DNA of 64,000 bases. It comes from Coniocarpon cinnabarinum (Eukaryota). The stretch is from positions 1 to 64,000 of the forward strand of contig JAVECO010000076.1 in NCBI GenBank assembly GCA_051942205.1, in the 5' to 3' direction. Position numbers and translations under genes: made by a program. Below the pieces are notes generated by a model, which was not told the DNA's origin, did no database searches, and saw only the letters and a list, made by a program, of their open reading frames with translations. Of this stretch, positions 1 to 11,528 are shown in pieces. Within the stretch, counting starts at the first letter, position 1. Each line of letters opens with the position of its first letter.

Positions 1-774
1 TAGTAACTTTAGCTAAAAACTACTTTTTTAGCTAATTTTTATAGCTAAATAAAGATATAGATATTTTTTTTAATTAATTAAAATTATTTATTATTTTTTA
101 AAGTTACTAAAATTAATTTAATAAAAAATAATTAGTTATAATATATTTATATTTTTTATAATAAAAGTATTTTTTAAGTTTTTATTAAATATTCTTTATT
201 ATTTTTATAAATTAATTATTTAGTTTAAGTTTTTTAATAACTTAGTTTAAATTTATCTTACTACTATTTTAGCTAACTATCCTTTTTAATATAAAAAAGC
301 TAAATTTTATAAAAATGAAAAAAGTATAAGTAGTACTTAGCTAAATAGTCTAAAAGCTACTATTTAGCTATAAAGCTAGTTAAAAAGTAGTTAAAAAAGT
401 TTAAAAAGTTTTTATTATAACTTAATACCTATACTACTTTAACTACTTTATAAGCTTAGATCTAAATATCTTATTAGTTATATTTATTATAAAACTTAAA
501 GTATATTTTAAAAAAAAAATTAGAATAAAAATATTTTAAATTTTTTAGCTTATATTTTAAATAAGAAAAAGTATTACTTAGTCTTAGTTAGTAATATAGT
601 TAAAGTTTTATAATAGGTTTTTAAAGTTTATTAAAAAATTATTAAAAAGTTATCTTAGGGGCCCTTTTAAAGATTTTAATAAGGTATTAAGACTATATTA
701 AGCTAGTTTTCAAACGGTTTTAAAACGGGTTTAAAACGGGTTTAAAATAGTTATAAGTTTTAAAACTAACTTAG

Positions 775-2842
775 AACTAGCTTAAAACCTTATATAGCTC
801 TATAATAATATAAATCCTTATTTTTAAATTTAGTAATTAATTCTATTATAATTATATATTCTAGTTTTAGACTAGTTTTTAGACTAGATATTAAATCTAT
901 TTAGATATTTATTATATTCTAGTAGTCTATATCTACTATTAGACTAGTTATAAGACTAGTTATAATATTAGTTATAGTAATATTTTAGGTTTTTTTATTA
1001 AGGTCGGTTACAAGATTAAGATATATAGGTACTAATATTATTACTAGTTTTAGTAATATATTCTATATTATAATTTAATTTAAGATAACTATCTATATTA
1101 AAATATTCTAGGTTATAACTTTCTAATTAAGAATATAGCTTCTCTTTTTAAATTTAAAATTCTAACTTTTAAACTAGCTACGCTACTAAGATTCTTTTTT
1201 AAAATTTAGGGTTTCTAGCTAAAATTACTATATAAAATATTAAAATATAAGCCTTATATACCTTAATAAGCCTAATTTTCTAATTTTTTTATTAGTTAAA
1301 TTTTTATACTACTATAATATATTTAAATTTAAATTTAAATCTTATAACCAATTTTTAACCTTAAGAGGTTTTAGGTTTTAGTAGAAAAAACTGTAATTAT
1401 TTAGTTAAATTACGGTAAAAAAAATAGTTAAAAACTAGTTAAATAACCCTATTAAAACTATTTTTAAACCATTTTAAAACCATATTTAGTATAAAACTAA
1501 GCTCGATCTCGCAACCTTAACCGCAACCGTAACTATAACTTTAACTAAAACTAGGTTTAATATTAAAACTAGTACTAAAACTAGATCTAATACTAAAACT
1601 AGTACTAAAACTAATACTAAGCTAGTTTTAATATAGTTTTAATATAGTCTTGAACTAGTTTTAAAGCTATATTACTACTATTATACAACTAGTTTGAAAC
1701 CTAAGAGCTTGACACTAAGGTAGTATAGCTAATTAAAAAGTTAGAATTTCAAAATTAAAAAGAGAAGCTATATTTTTAATTAGATACCTATAGGCCAACT
1801 CTAATATTTAAGATGCTATATTAGTACTGTAGTATTACTATAGTATTACCTGTTACGGTATTACGGTATTTATTACTGTACCTTATTAGTATTAAGGTTA
1901 AATTAAATACTAGATTAGTATTAGGTTCGTAATAGAGATAATTTAGTATTAAAATTAGTATCAGTATTAGTATAAAAAAAAAACTTAGATAAATTTTATT
2001 CAAACTAGCCTATTAGGGCTAGTATACTAGTATACAAATAGATATATATAGCAATTTACCTAAACTGCTAAAAATTTATTTTTTAGGTTACTAGCGTAGC
2101 TAATTAAAAAGTTAGCTTTTTAAGAAAGTTATAATTATACTACTTTTCTCTTTAGAAGTTTAGTTATATAGAGATTTTAAGTAGTTTGAAGTTTATTTTT
2201 TATTTAGTTTATATATTACTGAATTTATACTATAGTATTACTAAATCTAACCTTAATACTAGTCTAATACTAGCTCTAAAACTAAATCTAATTTTAATAC
2301 TAGTCTAATACTAGTCTAAAACCCGAATCTGATCTCAATACTAGTCTAATACTAGTTTAAAATCTGAAATCGATCTTAATATTAGTCTCATACTAGTTTA
2401 AAACTAAATTTAGACCTAACACAGTAATAGTACGGTAAGTCACCGTACTATTACCGTATCTCGTCACCTCCATAGGGCCCTACAGTAGTTATAACCTAGA
2501 ATATCTAAATTTAGATATAATAATTATAATAGTATAGAATATAGACTATATTACTAGAAATAGTAATAAAATTAGTATATTTTAATCTTATAACTAATTT
2601 TAATTAAAAATTCTAATATATTACTAAGACTAATATTATAACTAGTCTTATAACTAGTACTAAAGTAGATTTAGACTACTATAAGATAATAATAACTAAA
2701 AAGATTTAATTATAAATTTTAAAACTAGTCCAAAACTAGAAGATATAATTATAATTAAATTTATTACTAAAATAGATTCTAAACTAAATTTAATAGTAAG
2801 TATCTATATTATTATAGAGCTATATAAGGTTTTAAGCTAGTT
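775..2842. repeat. Long inverted repeat, arms ~775-1120 and ~2487-2842 (~350 bp each)
   Basis: 775-812 is the exact reverse complement of 2805-2842 (38/38). 1103-1120 is the exact reverse complement of 2487-2504. 941-971 matches ~2630-2660 inverted. Confidence 0.9.
2243..2405 (+). repeat. ~41-bp minisatellite, about 4 degenerate copies
   Basis: Recurring unit 'aatct.at.ttaatactagtctaatactagt.taaaa' at ~41-bp spacing. Confidence 0.75.
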
Positions 2843-3088
2843 TTATGCTAGTTTTAATACTTTACTAAAACCTCTAAGAAGGCCTCTAAGATTTTTAAAA
2901 ATAAAATTAAATCTTATAACCAATATTTAACCTTAAGCTAGGGTTTTAGGTTTTAGTAGAAGAAATAGTAATTATCTAGTTAAGAAAAAAGTTAAAGACC
3001 TAGCTAAAAAGAGCTAAAAACTATATTAAAACTATATTAAAGGTTTTTTAAGAATGAGAATAAACTTAATCTTATAACTATAACTATA

Positions 3089-3212
3089 ACTAAAACTAAA
3101 ACTAAAACTAAAACTAAAACTAAAACTAAAACTAAAACTAAAACTAAAACTAAAACTAAAACTAAAACTAAAACTAAAACTAAAACTAAAACTAAAACTA
3201 AAACTAAAACTA
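3089..3212 (+). repeat. Perfect (ACTAAA)20 hexanucleotide microsatellite
   Basis: 20 uninterrupted ACTAAA units at 3089-3208 plus a partial unit. Confidence 0.97.
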
Positions 3213-5552
3213 GATTTAATACTAGAACTAGTACTACTTCTAATAATTAGCTAGTTTTAAACTAGTTTTAAGCTAGTTTTAAACTCGTTTTAAGCTAGTT
3301 TTAAAGTATTATTACTACTATTATATAACTACTTTAAAACCTAAAAGCTTAATACTAATATAGTTCTTATAATAAGCTTTTTATATATAACTTTAAAATA
3401 ATAATAAGCTAGATAAAGAATAGTATATCTATTACTATATAATAAAGCTTTTAAGTAATTTGAATAGTAATATAAAGTATTTAAATTTTTTTTTGTTATA
3501 TTACTAAATAGTTTAATAAATATATATTTATAATATTTTAAAAAATATTTAACTTTAGTCTTTAGTATATTACTTTTAATAGTACTAATAATAGTACTTT
3601 TTTATTTTTTTAATAAATTATCTTTATATAATTTATTTATATTAATCTATTTTTAAGAATTAGTCTTATATTAGTAGTAATTTATAATTATAAAAAAAAT
3701 AGGCTTTTTAGATATATTATATTATTATAGTTCAAAAAAAGACTAGTATAAAGTTACTATAAAATAGTTTTAATATAATATTTAAGTCTAAAACTAAACT
3801 AAAACTAAATTAAAATCTTAAAAAAAGCCTTTAAAGTACTATAACTTATATATATTTTAATTATATTTAAAATAGCTATAAATTAAAATTTAAGATTACT
3901 AGTTTAGTAATTTTAATTTTCATTTTTTTAAAAACTTAAAAAATTATAGCTATACTATTTCTTTAAAATATTAGTATATTTAGAAATTTAAAATAATTTT
4001 AAAAATATTATAAACATAGCTTAAATAATACTAAGTCTATATTATAGTAATACTATATATAATATTTTAATACTAATATAATTCTATAACTAAATTATAC
4101 TAGTACTAGACTTTATTACTAGATTATACTTAATATAATAATACTATAGTAAATTATAGTAAATTATAGTAATAACTATAAGTATTAAATCTAGTTTTTT
4201 ACTAGTACTAATATAGCTATACTATAATATAATTATTATATAAAACTAGTATTAAAGTATAATTTAGTACTACTATATACTAAGTATTAAATAAGTATCT
4301 AGATTAGATTTAGTAATAGATACTATAATTAAGTTATAGTATTAGACTAGTATTAAGGTTAGAATTTATACTATAAAAATTAAAATTTAGTAATATACTA
4401 GTATTAATATTAAATTTAGTACTACTATAAGTAGTCTAGATCTAATACTAGTTTAGTATTAATTTTAAATTAAAAACTATAATTATAATTATAGTAGGCT
4501 TAAAATTCTTAAATTTTTTTATTATGTTAACTTTTAAAATAAAATAAATATAGTTACTATTTTTTATCTTTAGTAGTCTATTTTTTAATAAGATTTTTTA
4601 GATTTTTTTTTATTACTAATACTAGTACTAATACTAATCTAATATTAATATTAATAATAATATAGTAATTAATATTATATTACTATATTAAAAAGCTATT
4701 AAAATATAGTTATAGTAATAGTATAGTATTTTAATTATTAAAGTTACTTAAGTATTAATTTTTAAAATTTAGAAATCTTTTAAAAATAGTTATAATCTAA
4801 TTTTACTATAGCTCTAATATAGTTATAACTAGACTTAATATAGCTTTTATATAGCTCTTATATAGCTCTTATATAGGTTTAATATATGTTTAATATAGTT
4901 TTAGTATAGTTTTATTATAGAGTTAATATACCTATTTTTAATATAATTTTAATATAGATTTAACATAGGCAGTAGTTTAAATATAGTATTTAAAATAATT
5001 AGTACCTACTAAGTTAAGTACTAATATTTCAATTAAACGTGGTTTTATATAAGTTTTAAGATTAGGTTTAGGATCAGTTACGATCCCGAGACTTAAACGG
5101 GTTTAAAACCACTGCAAAAACTAGGTAAGTACTAGATGAAACCCCTTATTTTACCTATTTACTACACTAAAACAATAGGTCCACACCAAGAACCGCCGTC
5201 AGCCTTCAACGATGCGACAGGAGACTTAACAAACGATTACTTCGAGATTCCGTGAGCACGCCCTCATAGAACGCTTGAAGAGGCCTCCAAAGGCTTCGAC
5301 GGGGTTCGACGAGGTTCGACAGCGACAGGCGTGCAAGTCAGTGGAAAGAAGCGGCGATGTGACGAATAATCATGATGAAGTGGCTCGCTTCGTGAGTGGC
5401 GTAAATGACGAGCTTGTATCCTCCAAGGGAGCGGCCGTCTCAGTCTTGGTTTCTATGAAAAATCTGAGTGGGGTCTGCTGAGCCCTCTTGCACTACGTAT
5501 GTTGGTATCCGCCGCGGGTGTGACACCGCGAGCATCGGCCAGGTCGGACGCA

Positions 5553-6430
5553 TCACGGCCCCTGACAATACGAAGCCTCGATGTGGATTTCTGGCACCCA
5601 ATAGTGCGTACCTCCGCCAATACTGGAGACATTCGTAGGAGTAGCAAGATTCGCTTGGGGTGTTACTCCCAGGTGCGGGGTCGAATATTTGAACGAGGTA
5701 TTGTAGTAGCTATAAGCAGGAACAGGCCCCTAACGGACTGTGTGTTAGCCAACATTAATCAACATACAGAGAGCAGTATGGCATCATGCTTTGGAGGGGG
5801 CAGAGTGAAGCTAGCAACAACGTATCAATCCTCTAGAAAACTCGAGAGCATACCGCATACGGTCCTTGACCTTCAGAAAACATGAGATTCATGACGCCAA
5901 AGTTAGTCGGCCATGTCAATGCCGAAAGAAGTGTCTGTGCTATTGGGTTCCAAACTGTCTGCGTCGTGTTATGCCATCCCAACGGTAGCAAATCGATATG
6001 AGGTCGCCGGGCTGCACAATCTTGCCAGGAGCAGGGGTCTCATCGGGAGTAGTGATCCTTTAGCTGAAAACACACCAAGCGTTCGTCTCAGTGTTGCAAG
6101 ATCTGAAAGGAGGTCATTCACTGCTCGAAAGTATCACGTACGCGGAGAAGGACAAACGCTGACAAAATGGGTGGTGAATTCGAGATACAAGACTGAGACA
6201 ATTCACTGTCCCCTGGATAATCGAAGCCTGGCCACAGAGACAGACCCTGCATCTGCGGGAGGGGCGGGACTTGCATCGTGGTGCAAAACTCAGTTACGTA
6301 GGGCGCCAAAGGCGCGATTTTGGGGTCGAAACTTGTCCAATTCTCTCCGAACAGCCACATGGCATCGGCAAACGCAGCGTGAGCGGCATGCGACAGTCCG
6401 AGAAGAATTCAAGGGAACTCGCAAGACCAT
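5553..6430 (-). pseudogene. Pseudogene of a secreted peptidase G1 (eqolisin)-like / concanavalin-A-fold protein
   Basis: Manual reconstruction. ATG at 6430 (context accaccATGG): MVLRVPL, one extra base at ~6409, then ILLGLSHAAHA (signal peptide) and ..MQVPPLPQMQGLSLWPGFDYPGDSELSQS... Intron 6157-6103. Then SCNTETNAWCVFS* (TAA 6062-6060) ..VQPGDLISICYRW, a frameshift at ~5965-5985, TQTVWN..NLMFSEGQGPYA. Intron 5853-5730. Last exon GPVPAYSYYNTSF..GGGTHYWVPEIHIEASYCQGP* (stop 5555-5553). Confidence 0.72.
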
Positions 6431-7564
6431 GGTGGTCTGAGACATGACTTCTACTGAGCCACATCTGGGTTATTCATCTGCTCCTGGCGGTTTCGCACGC
6501 GGAAGAAGGATTCAAGATGTTCGCACGTAAGACTTGAAGTGTCGTCGCTGCACTTACCAGGCTGTACTCTCAGCGCCTTGGTGAAAGCAGACGAGATAAT
6601 ACTAAGATATCAGAATTCTTGGAAAGCGAGTGATGGCAGACCGAGCGTGTGGACGGAGTTGAGAAAGTTGACTGTGGGAAAGAAAATCGGAATACAAATG
6701 GGTGAAATAAGACAGCGAAGAAGGTGTTTTAATCACGTGACAGGAGATTCTCTCCTGTGGAAGGATAGCCATCAAAGCTGTCATCTGTTGTTGCGACGGA
6801 TACCAGCGGCAAAATTTTGCAACCAACGTCAAAGGCGCCGCGGGAGCTGCTACTCTCCTCACTTGATCTTCTACACTGCAGCGGTCATCTACCAATACTC
6901 AGTCCGACACACATTACTTTACCACTCAGAGACTTTCATCCTCCGTCGCCGACCGAATCGCAGATGCAGTGGATGACGTCTCATTTCATCTAAGCGTGTA
7001 CTTGGTATTAAAATGCTCTCGAAGCCCATCGACCGCTGATCCGGACGAGAGATCCGGGTCTGAACTGGCAAGGGTCCCACATGCCAACTTTGGTTGCGTT
7101 AGTCAGGCGTGAGGGCAAGGGCGCGTTTGAATACCTCTGGGGGTTTGACCTGACAGTAAAGATGCGTCACCGCTGAGTGTGAAACTAAATGCTACGAAGA
7201 GGATTCCTGGAAAGTGATGGGAAACATGGGTTGTAGCTAGCACGCGCCTCATCAACCCCGTTCTGAATGCGTTTGCGTACAATACCCACACAATCGAATG
7301 TGCAGGAAATGTTGGATCAGGAACTGCTTCCAAGAACAAAGGTTCTGGCCTGGGCGACAAGTAAATACGATGTTTGCATTTGTGGCGCCTTATGCCAGTC
7401 TCTAGAACGGTGATAATCACAATCCGAGAGGGGGATAGGTTTGTAAACACAAGCACCACCACTGTGAGTGAGTGGGCGATGGGAAGATGAAGTCCCACAG
7501 CCTGTCCATTATATAGCGCTATTTTTGCTCGACGACAACCCTCAACTCAGTCGCTTCTCGAATA

Positions 7565-8176
7565 CTAGACACTAGTCGCGAAGGGAGGATATGACGAACC
7601 GCCTGCCGTCACTGTGACATAGACTGTTTGAACGGTCGGCCCAGCGCATTGATCTGTTGTTGCCGGGGGTTGTGCCGTAGCCGAAAAGGTACTGCCGGTC
7701 GTTGTAGTGGTTGCAAAGCCCGGAGCGGTCGCAAGGTTTGGTACGCCGATATCCTCGAGCTCTACTGAGCCAAAAGTGGAAGCCTGCGGACCAAACAGAG
7801 TAGGACCCCAGAAGTCGTTGGGAAGCCAACAGTGACCCGAGTCGACAACGTTCAAGGGCTTATAGTCCCCTTCGCCAGTTTGCTCGCCGGTGCAGTCGGT
7901 GCCATTGAACACAAACAAGTTATGCGCCGTTGTGTGACCAAAAATCTGGAATGAGCCGACGCCGGTAGTTTTGCCAAGGTTCCCATTAACATTTGTACAT
8001 TGCTTGGGTGATAGTGTTAAGGTAGAGACGACGGGATCGCCTGCGCAGTTGTTGGTGAGAAAAGTTGAAATTTGTATCTCGGTGTTGTCGCCATCGCTCT
8101 GTGGCCTTGGGGCAGCTAGCGCAAGACTCAAGATCGAACCAACTGCGAGCAGACGGCGAATGCTCGACGTATTCAT
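7565..8176 (-). CDS. Small secreted Cys-containing protein with Thr-rich C-terminal tail (203 aa)
   Basis: ATG at 8176 gives the signal peptide MNTSSIRRLLAVGSILSLALA-APRPQ. Two similar motifs (FLTNNCAG, FNGTDCTG) and 5 Cys. TATATA ~175 bp upstream. Confidence 0.8.
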   Translation of the reverse strand: MNTSSIRRLLAVGSILSLALAAPRPQSDGDNTEIQISTFLTNNCAGDPVVSTLTLSPKQCTNVNGNLGKTTGVGSFQIFGHTTAHNLFVFNGTDCTGEQTGEGDYKPLNVVDSGHCWLPNDFWGPTLFGPQASTFGSVELEDIGVPNLATAPGFATTTTTGSTFSATAQPPATTDQCAGPTVQTVYVTVTAGGSSYPPFATSV

Positions 8177-9206
8177 CTGAAGAAACCCAGAACTTGTGAA
8201 GGAGTGTGGGTATATTGGATTGACAGGCTGGAGAGGACACTGATTGTCAAGACGAAAGTATAACGAGTGGCTACGACGACGTTTTGGTGTCAAAGATACG
8301 ATTAATGCAGTGAGCTGTAGCTTAGGCTGTGCCTTGGAGAAGCCTTCTATATATGAGGACAGCTCTCGAGCGCCCATCGGACACAGCCTGCAGCACTAAA
8401 GACCCGTCAAGGGCTGAAAGTAACCATCTCAGAAATGCGGCATGGCCTGCTTTGGCCATGGAGTCCTACGCGTTATCCGGCCACGGTATCTTTAGATCAT
8501 AGGTGTTCTGGAAATGGGACCGGAGGAAGGTGGTCGTGGCACGTGCGTCTATTGAATAGGATGTTCGCAGTGGCATCGTGCCCGGCCCGCCTGTCCTTGA
8601 TCAGATGCGCCTGGTCCATGGGAGACGTCTGAGCCGAGGGGGTGTGGAAGTACGGGGGGCACAGCTTGGTCAAGGCGTGAGAAAGCGGTACAGCGTTGGC
8701 TGCTATTTCGACATGATACACAAAGGGCAATGTGGTAGACCGGCGCTTCGGTTGCATGGAAGACGTGTCATCTTTCTAGAAGATGGTGTGGCTGCACGTG
8801 GGAATCGCGCCACACGGCGGCAACCACGTCGCTAGTGAAGATCCTCCGAGGATGGGATGCTCAGCAACGATATCACCCAGGGACGATCTGATTTGGGAGC
8901 TGCGCATCGCTTAGGAAGTGTCGCATCACAGCCTGTAATAATACAGCAGAAAAGCCTGGGCAGGCGCAGGTATTTACTTCCACCCTCGACAAAAATGACC
9001 TCGACGCATAGCCATTGTGGGAGGCAACGGAAACAGGTTGCGCGTGGCCTTGGAGCACACAAGCTCCTCGGTCTACCGGGTCTAGATCGAGAAGGAACCG
9101 CGGTGCAAGCTGGCAGAAAAGAAAGAGGGACGGGGAGGGAAATGAAGGCGAAGGATGCAGGATTGGAGGCTCGCAGAAGGAGCGACGAGCCTCTGGACGA
9201 GATGCG

Positions 9207-9363
9207 CACGTGACTCGGCTGTGTGTGTGGCGTCAAAGTTCCTCAGATCACGTGACTCTGCGTTCAAGAGACCACTAATCACCGAACGTAGACTATATCA
9301 CGTGATCCGGGAAATCTGACACCGAACGTGCCTAATAATTCCGCAAGGTCCTCCGGGCACGTG
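9207..9363. promoter_or_regulatory. Cluster of four CACGTG E-boxes (putative bHLH factor sites)
   Basis: CACGTG at 9207, 9249, 9299 (within palindrome ATCACGTGAT) and 9358, in the divergent intergenic region upstream of the carboxylesterase. Confidence 0.55.
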
Positions 9364-9784
9364 GGTACGGAACACATCTGCTATCTGGTGCCAACGGTGC
9401 GAGGCGCAAAACATACCTAGCGGGCATGATGGCCAAGTGTCGTGGCAAGTTCTCTCAATCGAATTCTGGATGCATTTCTGCATGTCGCGCTTGCGGAACA
9501 ATGCCAAGCCGAACACCGCAATGCACAAACATTCGCCCATCGGACAAGTTGACGCTACATGACACGATCCGAAAACCCTTGCATATCTTCCTCGTGGCCC
9601 AGCAAAACAGGTAGGCAGCAGCGACTCGCTAACGCCGGAGTGTAAGCTGTGCCCTGATTGTGGGGTTGAGGATGGCCGTCACGGCCATAGCATGCAAATA
9701 CGCATGCCCCCTCTCCTCTGATGTCTGCATTACCTGTGTTGCTCGCGGCTACTCAGGAGGCACCGCTGTGCACCTCTTTACAAA

Positions 9785-11528
9785 ATGAGTCTGACTTTGC
9801 TGCTCTCGCTACTTTTGAGTGTGTGCGCTGGCCATGCCCCGGGTACGAATACGAGTAGTCCGTCACTGATTGCGGCTTTGGACTATGGAACATTTCAGGG
9901 CGCGTTCTCTACGGCGTACAACATCTCATACTGGCAAAAGATACCTTTTGCCGCGCCCCCTGTGGGCGTGAACCGCTTTCGCGCCCCACAGCCTCCCCTG
10001 GAGATCACCAATGGTACTTACAACTCTTCTCAGGCATTTGACATGTGTCCACAACGCACGGTAAATGGTAGTGAAGATTGTCTGTATCTGGGGCTATACG
10101 GTCGGCCTTGGACGTCAGGTCAGCCTCTCAGACCAGTCGTCGTGAATTTCTACGGAGGCGGCTATATAGAAGGCGATGCCTTCTTCTCGCTGCCGCCGGC
10201 TGGGTACCCCGTACTAAACGTATCTGCCAGCAACGACTTCATATTCGTTGAGCCTAATTATCGGGTTAACGCTTTTGGCTTTTTGCCTGGTAAGCAAATT
10301 GCTGACGATGCCTTCTCCGACTTGAATCCGGGTCTCCTTGATCAAAACGCTGCCCTTCGGTGGACGAACAAGTACATCACCGCCTTTGGGGGCGATCCAG
10401 CGAATGTTACCATTTGGGGACAGGTTTGTGATGGCTTTTGAGAGAAGAAGCGTCTTGTAGTAGCTTACCGTGTTCAACAGTCAGCGGGCGCAGGTTCTGT
10501 AATTGCACAAGCAATCGCACAGAACGGCTCCACGCAGCCGAAGCTGTTCACCAAGGCATTGGCATCCTCGGCGTTCTGGGAAAAGACTTACCGCTTCGAT
10601 GCGCCCGAGGCACAGGGCGTGTATGATGCCTTTGCCAATATGACGGGATGCACCGGTCCCAACTCACTTGGCTGTCTCAAACAGGCGGACCTGCAAGATC
10701 TAAGCACTGCGGCGCTTGCAATCTCTGCCTCACATACCTACAACACCTCATCGTACACATGGGCCCCTGTCATTGATGGTATCTTCCTTACTCAATTGCT
10801 CTCGTCTGCTACTGCCAACGGAGAGGTGAATATCGATCTTGGATGGGGTATGTATAACCTTCATGAGGGCGAGAACTTTATACCGCCGGAGCTACAGAAT
10901 GACACCACCACGCCCGGAATGCCACAGTTCAACAGCTCCGAGGCTTCGTTTGAGCATTGGCTGCGTGGTTACTTACCAGGTTTGTCGGATGACGACTTGG
11001 ACGAGCTGCAAGTGCTGTATCCAGCGAGTGGGACTGCAGAGGCATTGCCGCAATACAACACTACGTATGTGAGGGCTGGACTTATTTTCCGCGATTCCAC
11101 ACTGGCTTGTCCGGGATACTGGATGGCAGAGGCATCACACGTTCAAGGATACCTTGGCGAGTACACCATTGCTCCAGCCAAGCACGGGTCAGATACCGAA
11201 TGGGTGGGTATAGCTGTTCATGCACCTGTTCTAGCACCCTGGAGACGCGGAGAGGCTAATGGAGATTTTTCAGTGGAATCGTGTCAACACAATCCAGCGA
11301 GAAGACCCGCTGATCTACGATGGATACGCCGGCGCTTTTGCGAGCTTTTTCGCAACTGGCGATCCAAACGCACATAAGCTGACGCCTGCGGATGTTTCAG
11401 GGGTGCCAACACTTCAGTCCCAGCGTGAGTTTGAGATAGCAAACGATAGCTTTTCTGACATGCATTTCTCCGATCTAGCGAAGCGATGCGCATTCTGGCG
11501 TAGCGTGGCGCACAAAATACCCATTTGA
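9785..11528 (+). CDS. Secreted type-B carboxylesterase / lipase (alpha/beta hydrolase)
   Basis: Signal peptide; motifs IPFAAPP, SEDCLYL, YGGGY oxyanion loop, NYRVNAFGF and FGGDP..VTIWGQ|SAG (nucleophile elbow split by intron 10424-10480); HGSD. Second intron 11204-11273. Confidence 0.95.

Larger units (their letters stand above)
1335..3358 (+). repeat. Dispersed direct repeat, copies ~1335-1718 and ~2907-3358
   Basis: Shared start 'ttaaatcttataaccaat..ttaaccttaag..ggttttaggttttagtagaa' and shared end 'attactactattata.aacta.ttt.aaacctaa.agctt'. Copy 2 is longer because of the microsatellite expansion. Confidence 0.88.
1..5100. repeat. AT-rich RIP-mutated repeat/relic transposon block (continues beyond window start)
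   Basis: Almost no C/G and a large TpA excess. Internal duplicated copies differ by CA->TA and TG->TA (1681-1718 'ttatacaactagtttgaaacctaagagcttgacactaa' vs 3321-3358 'ttatataactactttaaaacctaaaagcttaatactaa'). GC returns to normal abruptly at ~5100-5200. Confidence 0.92.

Noticed and set aside
1821..2003. 60-aa hydrophobic ORF
   Set aside because: Chance ORF in AT-rich RIP DNA with a non-ATG start and I/L/Y-biased composition.
2243..2405. CRISPR-like array
   Set aside because: Degenerate tandem units without unique spacers, in a eukaryotic context with no cas genes.
3089..3212. (ACTAAA)n as a telomere repeat
   Set aside because: It is internal and is not CCCTAA. It cannot be derived from CCCTAA/TTAGGG by C->T/G->A changes, and it sits inside a dispersed repeat.
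5275..6976. Plus-strand ORFs 5275-5481, 5499-5885, 5913-6440 and 6539-6976
   Set aside because: No recognisable motifs; two of them are antisense shadows of the minus-strand pseudogene.
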